Source: a virus (lineage: Duplodnaviria; Caudoviricetes). From it: a stretch of DNA of 64,000 nucleotides. A program made the translations under genes and the position numbers. How positions within the stretch are numbered: position 1 is the first letter of the stretch; the number at the start of each line of letters is the position of its first letter. Where the stretch lies: the IMG/VR virus record IMGVR_UViG_3300044898_000016, positions 9,868 through 73,867 of that record; one strand, written 5' to 3'. Shown piece by piece: positions 27,501 to 35,538 of the stretch. The notes under the pieces were generated by a model, which made no database searches, was not told where the DNA came from, and saw only the letters and a program-made list of their open reading frames with translations.

Positions 27501-28209
27501 GGGACTAGGCGAGGAAGTACCGTTCCTCGAAGATCCGTATCGTGCGCTGCGAGCTATTCATGGTGAGGGTGGAGGGCTGGCGCGTTATGGTGGGGCGTTG
27601 GCGAGTAGTATTACCACACCGCCCGACGTGAAACGGCTGGCTGGCATCACCGATCCCGCAAAACCAACTACCACAGGTCAAAAGTTATGGCAATTCTCCG
27701 GCCTTACCCCAACGACTGCCATGCCCCGAAAGCCTGCTGGATTCGCCGACGAGATGCGCATGGGCATACCAGGATTACGTCAACAAGTAACGGCAAACAT
27801 TGCCAAGCAACGCACGGACGAAGTTGATAGATTGACATCTGCCGCGCGTAGAGGTCAAAACATCACTGCCGACGTGGATGCTGCGGTCAAGGCCAACATT
27901 CTCAAGCCGGGAGATGCTAAGACGATTGAATCAGCTGCGAAGCTGACCCCAACGCAATCACGATTCAAAAGCAAGGGGTTGCTTGATGCTATTACCGCAT
28001 ATGAAAACTACGACGCGAGCCGAAGATCGCAAGTGAAGGACATTCTTGCTGACAAGGCTACTGGCGTGGAGACGTTGCGGCTGGACGATCAGGGGGCTGC
28101 ACGCGACCGATTGCGTAAGCTCGGATTCACTCCCGGCATTCAAATCCCCAAGGCTCCTGAACGCCCGAAACGTCCACAAGCTAATCCCCGCGCGTGGGCG
28201 ACTCCGTAA
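21502..28209 (+). CDS. Giant internal virion / ejection protein with N-terminal soluble lytic transglycosylase and a central ART-like module (polyvalent protein)
   Basis: VRAVIGHESGG...GARGLGQLMPATA...VLAGYNAGEG...ETQNYV (SLT); RLYRG...GQWF...YVDIP...EYVLP (ART-like); long helical C-terminal half. Confidence 0.85.
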   Translation: MPIDGNEDPYFTPDPSPAPRRGVTNNYDEIIDRHAARTGLDANLVRAVIGHESGGNRVAVSPKGARGLGQLMPATAARFGVKDVNDPEQNIRGATDYLKFLTDRYKGDTDKVLAGYNAGEGNVDKYGGIPPFKETQNYVPAVKARYVKLTGQQPQSTSQDPYFTPDTKGQKAAQPATTADSYFTPDAQPAQALSTGKGAVRPVSAPVRRFGGGQVKPMAPRSLTTNDAAWHFGMTPDEARTMSPKAAQVLQAAVADDARKKAAGQAITAPPLAYQNQMRAQAGLKPLQYNMPTQTDARAPYFKPEVGSLNIDRPIVVREPRSGFTTNPQNDDQMRLAIRAQVAKEMRPDDQRLLDSGEGRSAEIDAETNRRLAEIKSTQAREASQIQTGPSAQAAPDSTVSDRLKQILGTTVPAIGLTQGLNLNQRDQQRLNDIIDKYAPGVAALDTPEGIKTDLPRGLIHGATLGAVGRPKPTDSKEEVLPGMTRFGFGETAGSLVPLAATEGLLPEGLAPAVRTAATFGVTGAGRQAVNAAEGRPVDLKAPLVDAALGLVMGRLSGADPSMLRRAAAYVAPGLALDIAQGSSKEDAAHRALVNLGFAVSGGGKESPAESEADPRPASIAPVIADARAERVADATQGAQPLETIDPKLARTALGTALAQRGGNEVNDTGSRSDVLAEPDAVGSIRTSSNTRATPEASVVDSPGSANPIIRHSDPRIDGGEVIGRTGDGKLKVQNNEGGVSVVQDPRRQGNREAAIVRSPPIEQASEPAPAEPASQPALVTPEGGGSSPSTPEIVKPWEMTRSQIEDEYQRKKAEDDNLEESILGPELAKRYARLQRSANSSYDTEKANRASDEIEKIEASLSERDRNRLYGIGEEGPQVDELKDYRQSLGNLDDHDPRSLAESMRWAVSRVGRETDPAKMTHEQRVAYGTLREAARIAYENGWDTQAISREAVKAAAGRFADPEDAAFMLDRFIKKDPQTTTPQRKQIAQVASPLVSEEAKEPIVRVAEDRDLSKYPLTPYEKIAAEITATLPAPKEGYTRLYRGKGTGRLSGLSKPRTGYPGQWFDVNPKGAALYGVTREGEIKSLSYVDIPTTEISKYHALDIELPVEELNRGVTPGEYVLPKEIASQSKEIKLKGVDPEIVRDQTLNQGYISPTQEEAKSPQPKEVVPLDRAEPQIVQPESGASEPYFTPERNIDGRNINASANANGATEGTTDNSLASTTSARKAQVDAERESRGAEPLPWSPKTKSDAELLDSAKQANDSNPDQPRRIVQEVLTKPRALSDKETVQLDLHKQQLKNEHAALLNEIAKTSDPEKLATQRAQLDSIERDFDAVDRAWRASGTEKGRGLRSQQTTINQDYDLVSMVTRYKAAVGKEPSPEIRTQIEGYQKRIAELEANATKATSKRALDAIQREVRAQGRARTRTVLDAEAATLKQGMAAEFARLKTERSKGQYTSLGGLGSLDPEGVITKLALKYARNRFEAGVNTVEGLTDEVHSALKDFVDVSKRDVAAMISGYGRQGVDKRSELTKQLSALKTDMRRELAAADGPKQGPRKPSPAGPRETKQIIHRRYDKQMAEVVQQIAALDAGTYQPKQPRGATVLDRETEASKVAVERAKQDFQIKLRKWQDEQRSSFDKGRDLLTKVRRSVVLSSTQVLGKLTRAAVERMAVSPGEEMIGAALNRVPGINRITRQAPVEHGSSLTNTIRIEAKVAASEIRALMDITNPNGEIRQVLRTGRSSSDVKQGEKNYGEASLLGLSGRIHAALKTVPRLGGEVRGMEKYLESVKRDDPTADLHDPRTIALAEGAGYLAGKRQILMQDNSAADWVKESVASLNRKGVPGKVAATATDIAMPIKRVPLNYVTESLNYALPGARAGLGIARALKQGNLMSLEPAEADAITRSLKKAGPGAAMLLWGYFSPQTFGGYYHPGKRDERDPQFGGMKLFGRNIPRFLSHSPLLEAAQIGATIRQTIDGLQESGASKGKLSNATAGIGQAAKGLGEEVPFLEDPYRALRAIHGEGGGLARYGGALASSITTPPDVKRLAGITDPAKPTTTGQKLWQFSGLTPTTAMPRKPAGFADEMRMGIPGLRQQVTANIAKQRTDEVDRLTSAARRGQNITADVDAAVKANILKPGDAKTIESAAKLTPTQSRFKSKGLLDAITAYENYDASRRSQVKDILADKATGVETLRLDDQGAARDRLRKLGFTPGIQIPKAPERPKRPQANPRAWATP

Positions 28210-28215
28210 TTCATC

Positions 28216-30267
28216 ATGCCCCTATCTGTATTTGAGGAAGAAGCTTTTAAGCTGTCGATTCATCCGGCGTTTCGACTCTCACCGGGCAGAGCGCTAGAGA
28301 GGCAAGGGTGGCAAAAGTGGCTACAAACTCTTGGCCCTAAAACCTTCGTTAAACCCTTCGCCTTTTTCCATGCTGAATTCTGGGATTGGCTATGGGATGC
28401 CCGCACACGCTTGCTCAATGGTGAAGTATTACCACCCGCCGAACTTGTCATGCTGCTCATTTGGTTTCGTGGGGGCGGCAAGTCATCTCACGTAGAGTGG
28501 GGGTGCATAGCAGAGGGAGCAAGAGCGCCAAAGGGGTTTATTGGTTATGTTTGCGAAACCGAAGCCCTCAGTCTCGGTCATATCCAGTCCATTCGCCGCC
28601 GTCTCGACTCCCCTGAAATAATCAAGCATTACCCCGGCATGGCAAGTCCTAAGCTCGACCGTCATGGACGCCAAGTAGCATGGAGACAGGATTATCTGTA
28701 CACCAAATCAGGCTGGGGAATTATTCCTATTGGCTTAGAAGAAGGTGTACGCGGCGGCAAGTTAGAGGATGTTCGGTTTACAACTCTCGTATTCGATGAC
28801 ATTGACAGTCGCACCGATTCCCCTGCCGCCCGTGAAAAGAAGCTTAAACGGATCGCGTTTGAAATCCTCCCCGCAGGGACAATGAACGCCGACACGATGG
28901 TGTGGTTCCCCCAGAACCTCATTGATGAAGATTCATGTCTCAATCAAATCTACACAGGCCGCGTAGATATCCTCTCTGAACGTCAAGTGTCAGGCCCGCA
29001 CCCTGCGTTTAGTGTATTGGAAATGATGCTGGACGAGTCCGCGGTAGGTCGTAAATGGTTTATTGCCAACGCCGTTCCAACATGGCCGGAAGTGGACATG
29101 AACGCGGCAAAAAAGTTCCTAGCCGATTCAGGCCGCGTAGCGTTCATGGCTGAGTATCAACATGACTTTGAAGCAGCCAGAGAAGGGCGAGTTTTACGCA
29201 ACTACAACGACGTGCTGATGGTGATCGACGAGGATGACTTTGCGCGAGTGTACGGGTCGATTACCGCACTAGACTCGTTTAATAAGTATTTTGGGCACGA
29301 CTGGTCGCGCACCAAGTCCGCTTACCATGCAAACGTAGGCGGAAAGCTCGCCATATCCAGTCAGAATTCCGCGCTACCGGGGAAGCTGATTTTATTTGAT
29401 TTGATGAGTTTCGAAGGCGGCACACAGGCGGACGACGTAGGCTTACGTTTCCTCGAATCTATCTCCCCAACCGTTCCCAATCGTGACATGACGTGGAAAC
29501 AATTAATCGAAGCGGCTCTATCCCGAAAAGGCATGGAACGGTTTATCAGTGATACTACTCGATTGATTGAAGCGCGGCGTAACGTGTTAGCTGATATCAT
29601 CCCCTCGCTGGTTGCCCCTGTGCTCACAGCTCGTCATTATGATCGGTTTGTTGGTAGTCACGATCAAAACAATGATGCGCTCCAGGTGTATCGTCGCGTG
29701 TTTGGCTTACCATTTCATCCCTGCAATCCCGGCGAGACTGGTGGGTTGGAATGGGCGGATCACTACATGCTAGTAGACAGGCAAACCCGTCACCCCTTTT
29801 TTGATGACGAGTGGTTGGGCAACGAATGGAGGTTAGGCTGTCCCGGCATGTTCATTCTCGTGAAGAACGGAAAAAAGAATTATCCAAAGAGTGCGACGCC
29901 TGACTTGTTACATGATTCCGACCTCTGCCGTTTCCAGTTTAGTAATTGGCGAATGCGGCCAACTCGCTTGACCGAAGCGGGCGCACTTGAACACGGACCA
30001 ATGAAAATGAACGACGACTTTGGGCAAATGCTGCAAATGATTCTATTTGGTAATCGCATCAACGCAGCGGCATTAAGCTATACTGAACAAGTGCGAAGCA
30101 TCATTCCCTCTAAGTACAATCCTGACAGATTAAAGACCGAATACTCACCTGAACTGGAAATCTCGATCAACTATCAAATGTCTCAAGCTAAGTCTCGTGT
30201 GCCGAAATCAGCGGTGGTTACTTTTGATGAATTTGGGGACCCCGTTACCGACCAGCAAGAAGATTAG
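28216..30267 (+). CDS. terL: Terminase large subunit
   Basis: Walker A WFRGGGKS, Walker B LVFDDID, FMAEYQ, nuclease YFGHDWS and NDDFG. Confidence 0.85.
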   Translation: MPLSVFEEEAFKLSIHPAFRLSPGRALERQGWQKWLQTLGPKTFVKPFAFFHAEFWDWLWDARTRLLNGEVLPPAELVMLLIWFRGGGKSSHVEWGCIAEGARAPKGFIGYVCETEALSLGHIQSIRRRLDSPEIIKHYPGMASPKLDRHGRQVAWRQDYLYTKSGWGIIPIGLEEGVRGGKLEDVRFTTLVFDDIDSRTDSPAAREKKLKRIAFEILPAGTMNADTMVWFPQNLIDEDSCLNQIYTGRVDILSERQVSGPHPAFSVLEMMLDESAVGRKWFIANAVPTWPEVDMNAAKKFLADSGRVAFMAEYQHDFEAAREGRVLRNYNDVLMVIDEDDFARVYGSITALDSFNKYFGHDWSRTKSAYHANVGGKLAISSQNSALPGKLILFDLMSFEGGTQADDVGLRFLESISPTVPNRDMTWKQLIEAALSRKGMERFISDTTRLIEARRNVLADIIPSLVAPVLTARHYDRFVGSHDQNNDALQVYRRVFGLPFHPCNPGETGGLEWADHYMLVDRQTRHPFFDDEWLGNEWRLGCPGMFILVKNGKKNYPKSATPDLLHDSDLCRFQFSNWRMRPTRLTEAGALEHGPMKMNDDFGQMLQMILFGNRINAAALSYTEQVRSIIPSKYNPDRLKTEYSPELEISINYQMSQAKSRVPKSAVVTFDEFGDPVTDQQED

Positions 30268-30297
30268 GATATCCATTTACGCCTATTAGTCCAATTA

Positions 30298-30307
30298 GGT
30301 GTAGAAT
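30298..30307 (+). promoter_or_regulatory. -10 element with near-leaderless start at 30314
   Basis: GGTGTAGAAT, 6 nt, ATG; same GGTG-TAnAAT context as 13934. Confidence 0.5.
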
Positions 30308-30313
30308 GCGCTC

Positions 30314-30583
30314 ATGGCACTCGCGGGGTTTAGTAATATTACGGACATGAAACGCCAACGAGTACAGACAGCGTTTCCGTCGGCGATTAACAAGCAAATG
30401 GAGCAAGTGAGTATGCCCGCAACATCAAAGTCGCAATTCAAACTCATGCAGGGCGTTGCGCATGGAAGTATCAATAAACCTGGACCGTCCAAGGTTGAAG
30501 CGAAAGAATACGTAGCAGGGCAGTCGCCTAAAGACTTACCTAACAAGGCTCCAAGGCGAAAGATAAAGTTTCCCAAGCCCTAA
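30314..30583 (+). CDS. Small basic head-module protein
   Basis: MPATSKSQFKLMQGVAHG...GPSKVEAKEYV; second in-frame start with GGAG SD at 30413. Confidence 0.65.
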   Translation: MALAGFSNITDMKRQRVQTAFPSAINKQMEQVSMPATSKSQFKLMQGVAHGSINKPGPSKVEAKEYVAGQSPKDLPNKAPRRKIKFPKP

Positions 30584-30693
30584 TATGATCATCAACATCA
30601 ACGATATATCAGTAGATGTGGTAATCGTAGATGCGATGCCACAATACCCGCCACCTGTGTTGGCGATTTGGTTCAGTAACGAAGGAGATTAAA

Positions 30694-31143
30694 GTGCACC
30701 CAGACGAAATGCATCTAAAATCAGTAGACGGTCACGCAATTGCCACGGTGAACATTCCTGCTCATCAGCAGGAAGTCGAGGTAGCCTACAGTGCTATCGA
30801 CGGATGCGCCGTCGCGGCGGTTGAGGCGTGGAACGACGTACGGGGCGAGAATGATGCTCGATTTGAGGTTTGCGATCCATCCTATCGCAGTACACTCATG
30901 GCTCACGCAGAGTCGGTTTACAAGGGGGCCGCGCCGTTGGAGGGCGATACCATGCTCGCATTGTTTGAGCAGCGAGTAGCGAACATTAGGGCTGAACAGG
31001 TGCGCGCGGCTTTTGCGCTTGCGCATCCCGTGGTCCCCAGTCCGGTCCCGACTGGCGGTAATCTTGAGACTCAAGGTATTGTCCGTCCGCTTAATCCGCA
31101 TGGAGTAATTACCCCGCATGAAGAACACAAAGGAGAAAACTAA
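30694..31143 (+). CDS. Hypothetical protein
   Basis: AAGGAG SD, GTG at 30694 within ORF 30631..31143. Confidence 0.65.
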   Translation: MHPDEMHLKSVDGHAIATVNIPAHQQEVEVAYSAIDGCAVAAVEAWNDVRGENDARFEVCDPSYRSTLMAHAESVYKGAAPLEGDTMLALFEQRVANIRAEQVRAAFALAHPVVPSPVPTGGNLETQGIVRPLNPHGVITPHEEHKGEN

Positions 31144-31499
31144 TGGCTCAGTTAGCTGGCTTACACGCGGATCAAATCGCGTTATCGAAACAGCAAATCG
31201 GCGGATCGTGTAAAGGCGCGTTAGCGGCCTATGCTTCAAATCCGTTTCTTACGGACGCCTCGATCGTTGCTGCGGACACAAATGCTGGACTTCAGGCGGC
31301 GGTGGTCACAGCAGCGGGCACGCTTCATGCTGAATGTCGCTACATGGCTCCGCGTATCAATCTTGGTCTGACGTTGGGATTGTACAGCGGCGAGTTGTCG
31401 AACGCTCGGATACTGAGCTTGACGACTGGCGCGGGCTTGGTGGGACTGACGGCGGCAGACCCGAATGTGGTCGCGGGCGCTGAGTATTCTCCGGAATAG
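31143..31499 (+). CDS. Hypothetical (possibly virion) protein
   Basis: AAGGAG SD, Ala/Gly-rich. Confidence 0.7.
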   Translation: MAQLAGLHADQIALSKQQIGGSCKGALAAYASNPFLTDASIVAADTNAGLQAAVVTAAGTLHAECRYMAPRINLGLTLGLYSGELSNARILSLTTGAGLVGLTAADPNVVAGAEYSPE

Positions 31500-31502
31500 T
31501 CC

Positions 31503-31919
31503 ATGTGGATATCCCGTGATGCTTACCAGCAACTTGTCACTCAGGCTGCTCAATGTGACTTGTTGTCCGCTGCGCTAGCGAAGGCTGAGACGCGGGCTGA
31601 GACAGCAGAGGCGGCGTTAATCGCTGAGCGTGCGCGGGTGGATAAGTTGAATCTCGCGGTCATGGATTACGGGGCCACGAAGTCAGGGTCGATAGCAATT
31701 AGTTCGCGGGTGGAGCCGCCGCCAAAGGTTGAACCCCATCCAAAGGGTTATCTCCATGAGCCTGATGAAGTCGAATTAGCCAAACTGGAATGGTACAAAC
31801 AGAAATGCCGAGAGGCTGGGCGTAACGAAGACGAAGCCACTGCGTATTGGGAAGCGGAGATGCGTGGAGAGCACCCGGCGTTACTAGGCGCGGCAATGGA
31901 TAGTGAGGCTGAGCAATAG
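31503..31919 (+). CDS. Coiled-coil hypothetical protein preceding the portal
   Basis: LAKAETRAETAEAALIAERARVD heptads. Confidence 0.7.
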   Translation: MWISRDAYQQLVTQAAQCDLLSAALAKAETRAETAEAALIAERARVDKLNLAVMDYGATKSGSIAISSRVEPPPKVEPHPKGYLHEPDEVELAKLEWYKQKCREAGRNEDEATAYWEAEMRGEHPALLGAAMDSEAEQ

Positions 31920-31921
31920 CC

Positions 31922-32119
31922 ATGTACTTCCGATTCAAAGTAACTGACGGCGACGCCACTACCTTTACGCAATGGACGGAAGAACTCGACGACGTGGCGG
32001 GGTCCAACGCGCAGCGAGTTGCCATAGTGTCACGCATTCGTGCCGCGCAGCCAGACTCCGCCATTGCTACTGAGAGGGCACAGGCGATACCGAATGCCGA
32101 CAAGCCAACTAGCGAATGA
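31922..32119 (+). CDS. Hypothetical protein
   Basis: 65 aa, ATGA overlap with the portal start. Confidence 0.6.
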   Translation: MYFRFKVTDGDATTFTQWTEELDDVAGSNAQRVAIVSRIRAAQPDSAIATERAQAIPNADKPTSE

Positions 32120-34806
32120 CCCCTCCAAACCAACTACAGCAGTCCCCCGCGCAACAGCCGCCGTCGGCTAATTTCGCCCCAACGAAGCCGTTGCTAGAAC
32201 TGAAAGCCGGGGCTCGGCACCCTGATAGCTATATCGCCAAAGCGTTAGCCGAACGGTTTAAGCACTTCCACCGCCGTGACCGTGACACGTTTCGTGAGAT
32301 CACTAACGTCGGTCAGCTTATATCCCTTTTTTTTAATGGTAAACAGTATCCCGCTCGTAATCCAATCGACGGTTCGTGGGGCGTACTTCCCATCACAGGC
32401 GGCGGCGACTCATCTCGTCGGGCGCTGAATGTGATGAACAATCTCAAGCAGAATCTTCTGACCAAATGGGAAAATTCTAGTCCTGACATTATCATCCGTC
32501 CCGGTCGCAATCTCGACACTTGTGCAAGTGCCGCTAAGTCTGCCGACGCGATAAATAATTTCTATGAGCGGCAATTCTACAACCATTGGTTCTCTCAACA
32601 AGAGGGGCTAATGGGAATGACTTTTGGTACATACATCGACCGCTACCGACAAGATGACTCTAAGATCTCCATGTCAGTGTTACAGGATGTATTTGAGATG
32701 AAGCCTGTAACTATGGGCGAGGGGGCCGGGATGTGCGGGGACTGCGAGTACGGCGGGACCGCAAGTGAGTTTCAAGGTGGACTGGGGGGTGATGGGGCTA
32801 TTGCGCAACCCAAGTGCCCTAACTGTCTATCTACTGCTGTCACAGTTACCCCACCAGCCAGTGACAACATTCGTAGTATGTCGGGACAGCGCTCACAGCA
32901 AGTAGGCGATCTAGTGTGCGAGTTGCTACCGATGCCCGCCTGTCGATGGGATCTGGCGCGGCGACCGGAGGATAGTAGCTGGTTTATTTACCGGCAACGG
33001 ATTTCCAAGGGTTCGGTCACTCGCGTGCTGGGCAATGTGTTGTTGCCCCAAGGTGAAGGGGATAGTGATCATGGGTTGGATGTGCTCAGAGCGTTACAGC
33101 ACGCGGGGCAAGCATTAGGTGGCAGTAGCAACTACGGCAATCAGCGTCAAGGTGATGACAATGGCGACATTAAGGGTAGCGAAACTACATTCGATGAGAT
33201 GTGGTTGGCACCCGATGATTATGCCGACATCAATCTGATTGGCGACGAAAAAACTGTTAGTGGAGAATCTATCCCCAAGGGTAAACTTACCGACTACTTC
33301 CCCGATGGCTTGTGCGCAGTCGGCCTTAATGGGATGGCGGTGGTGTTGGCCCTTTACGCTGAGAAGCATAGTGATCATATTGTATCGGGTACGTGGTTCA
33401 CGCAAGCCCAAACAGGCAGTGGACGGGGACTGGCTGATTCAGTGGAAGTCCAACGTCAGTTCAATACGATGAATAACCAAGCTCGTACTTACATGAGCGC
33501 GACCTATACTCCTGCCATCGGTTACGATAACGCTATTTGGACGGGCAGTAAGATGAAGTATTTGGGTGATCCGCACACGAACATTCCGTTTGATCTGACG
33601 AAGCTGCCCGAGGGGCGTAAGCTTAGCGATTCTATCTACCAGTTCCAGCCGACTGCAATGCCTGGGCAATTCTTTAATTACGCTCAGAATTTCCTGAACG
33701 TAATGTTCCAGAAAACTTCAATGGTGAGCGACTTCAGTAACGGTGAACCAGGTATCACCGCCCAAAATACCACGGCTACAGCAGCGGAGATCGACCAAGG
33801 TAATGCTGATTCTATTAATCAGCCAATCTTTTTAATCAAAGCTGACGCTCGCCGGCGTGGGGCGGAAATTACTATCAAACTATTTCGCCAGCACTTCCCG
33901 ATGAAGCGGTATTTTGATCTAGGTGGGCGATACGGACAGGTTCAAGGCGTGGAGTTGTCGTCAGCCGACTTGCAAAGCGATCTAGTGGTTGACGTTGTCC
34001 CTAACAGTGAGATGCCGAAAGGCCCATTCACGCAGAGGAAGAACCTGTCTACGTTATTTCAAATCACCGGAGGAGGCTTAGGCTACTCGCAACTGAAACA
34101 GGCCGATCCTAAGCTTGCATCAAACCTCACACAAGTATTTGACGTGGACATTGATTCCGATGTTGCAGATGACATCGCAGAACTTTGCCGCAAGCGGTTA
34201 AATCAGATGACGCAAGCATCCAAGGTTGGCGTTACCGATCCAAAGATCTTACTACAAGCAATCGATCCACCAATTGACGACGCTGAACCGAGTCTCGACC
34301 AAAAGGCGAAATGGTTTAGCGAGGCGTTGGATTGGGATGAATTACAGGATGCCCCAATGCCATTGCGTCAAGCGTGCTCACTGCTGGCTAAGAGTCTATT
34401 CCAAGGCTCTGTGCAGCAACAGGCTCAGATGGCAGCAGGGGCGGGGATCGTGCAAACAGCAGCAGCAGCACCGGGGGCTTTGGGCCAGCAAGCCTTGGAA
34501 GCGAATCAACAACAAGAAGGTGAGCAGCCTCCACAAATCGACCCCAACGCCGCGATGGGGATTCAGGCCGACCAGCAGGCCCAACAAGCGGACGCGGAGA
34601 CTCAGGCCCAGCAGACCCAAGCCGACGCAATGGAGAGTGACGCGGCTAGGCAGCATGAGGCAAGTGAGAGCGCCAAGCAAAGAGATCACGAGCTAAAAGT
34701 GAAAGCAGAGGATGCGAAGTTAAAGGCTAAGGAACACGCAAACAAGGTGACGTTAGCGAGGATGAAACCTAAGCCCAAACCAGCAGCGAAAGGAAAGATG
34801 CAATGA
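32116..34806 (+). CDS. Portal protein (podovirus type, long Gln/Ala-rich C-terminal barrel)
   Basis: 896 aa between TerL and scaffold; RGLADSVEVQRQFN, TATAAEIDQGNA, C-terminal Q/A helix; internal CGDC...CPNC. Confidence 0.85.
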   Translation: MTPPNQLQQSPAQQPPSANFAPTKPLLELKAGARHPDSYIAKALAERFKHFHRRDRDTFREITNVGQLISLFFNGKQYPARNPIDGSWGVLPITGGGDSSRRALNVMNNLKQNLLTKWENSSPDIIIRPGRNLDTCASAAKSADAINNFYERQFYNHWFSQQEGLMGMTFGTYIDRYRQDDSKISMSVLQDVFEMKPVTMGEGAGMCGDCEYGGTASEFQGGLGGDGAIAQPKCPNCLSTAVTVTPPASDNIRSMSGQRSQQVGDLVCELLPMPACRWDLARRPEDSSWFIYRQRISKGSVTRVLGNVLLPQGEGDSDHGLDVLRALQHAGQALGGSSNYGNQRQGDDNGDIKGSETTFDEMWLAPDDYADINLIGDEKTVSGESIPKGKLTDYFPDGLCAVGLNGMAVVLALYAEKHSDHIVSGTWFTQAQTGSGRGLADSVEVQRQFNTMNNQARTYMSATYTPAIGYDNAIWTGSKMKYLGDPHTNIPFDLTKLPEGRKLSDSIYQFQPTAMPGQFFNYAQNFLNVMFQKTSMVSDFSNGEPGITAQNTTATAAEIDQGNADSINQPIFLIKADARRRGAEITIKLFRQHFPMKRYFDLGGRYGQVQGVELSSADLQSDLVVDVVPNSEMPKGPFTQRKNLSTLFQITGGGLGYSQLKQADPKLASNLTQVFDVDIDSDVADDIAELCRKRLNQMTQASKVGVTDPKILLQAIDPPIDDAEPSLDQKAKWFSEALDWDELQDAPMPLRQACSLLAKSLFQGSVQQQAQMAAGAGIVQTAAAAPGALGQQALEANQQQEGEQPPQIDPNAAMGIQADQQAQQADAETQAQQTQADAMESDAARQHEASESAKQRDHELKVKAEDAKLKAKEHANKVTLARMKPKPKPAAKGKMQ

Positions 34807-35072
34807 AGTGTGAATACTGCAACCGTTCCGCGTATATGAACGACGGCGCAACGTGCGCGGGATGTGGCGCTCCGCTGTCTAGTCCTGCAACACCGTCAAT
34901 AATGTACGATCCCCAAGTGTTTGCTACTGACATGGCGCGATGCTTGGGGCAACCGAGTGTAAATATCCCTGTAAACATGCAGCAATTGCAGGGCGAACGG
35001 CTATCAGATTGGCACTCAATTCTTCAGGGTGCGGCAAGTGTGGGCGCAACTCTAGCGAGGATTCGATGGTAA
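34803..35072 (+). CDS. Small zinc-ribbon protein
   Basis: MKCEYC...CAGCGAP. Confidence 0.65.
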   Translation: MKCEYCNRSAYMNDGATCAGCGAPLSSPATPSIMYDPQVFATDMARCLGQPSVNIPVNMQQLQGERLSDWHSILQGAASVGATLARIRW

Positions 35073-35275
35073 TGGAGCCTAACCTCGAACTCGTCCGCAG
35101 CAAGCTTACAGTCAAATTCTTGGCTGAGCACTCAACCTTGCCTGATGCGGAATCCCTACTTCGTTCGCTCCGTGAAACGGTAACTTATTTAGAGCGCCGG
35201 ATAGCGAGAGAGAAAATTTTGAACCATAAGGCCGTACTCGTGGTAGTATCTGGGGTAGAGGCAAAGGCTTCTTGA
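35072..35275 (+). CDS. Hypothetical protein
   Basis: ATG overlapping the upstream TAA. Confidence 0.5.
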   Translation: MEPNLELVRSKLTVKFLAEHSTLPDAESLLRSLRETVTYLERRIAREKILNHKAVLVVVSGVEAKAS

Positions 35276-35421
35276 GTGGCCGCGATTCGTGCCACGAATG
35301 CCTTAGTGGGCATGCCCAAGCTAATGAAGAGTTTAAGAAACTTGCACGGCCACCGGACAACGAATCCTATCTGTGGCAGGTGGGTGCCCAATAACCCCAT
35401 CACCGGAAGAAGTCTGAACCT

Positions 35422-35517
35422 TTGACAACTTAACCTTAGCGGGGTGAATATCCGCAGGGCCGAGAGAGTTAATCAGTTTGAGAAATCAGATTGATTGGCT
35501 GTCTCGGCTTTTCATTG
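35422..35517 (+). promoter_or_regulatory. Repeated late regulatory element, copy A
   Basis: TTGACAACTTAACCT, small hairpin with GAATA loop, 6 nt, GGGCCG long hairpin, TTTTCATTG; homologous to 47193..47290. Confidence 0.7.
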
Positions 35518-35538
35518 GTAAAGCCGTTAAAGAACACT

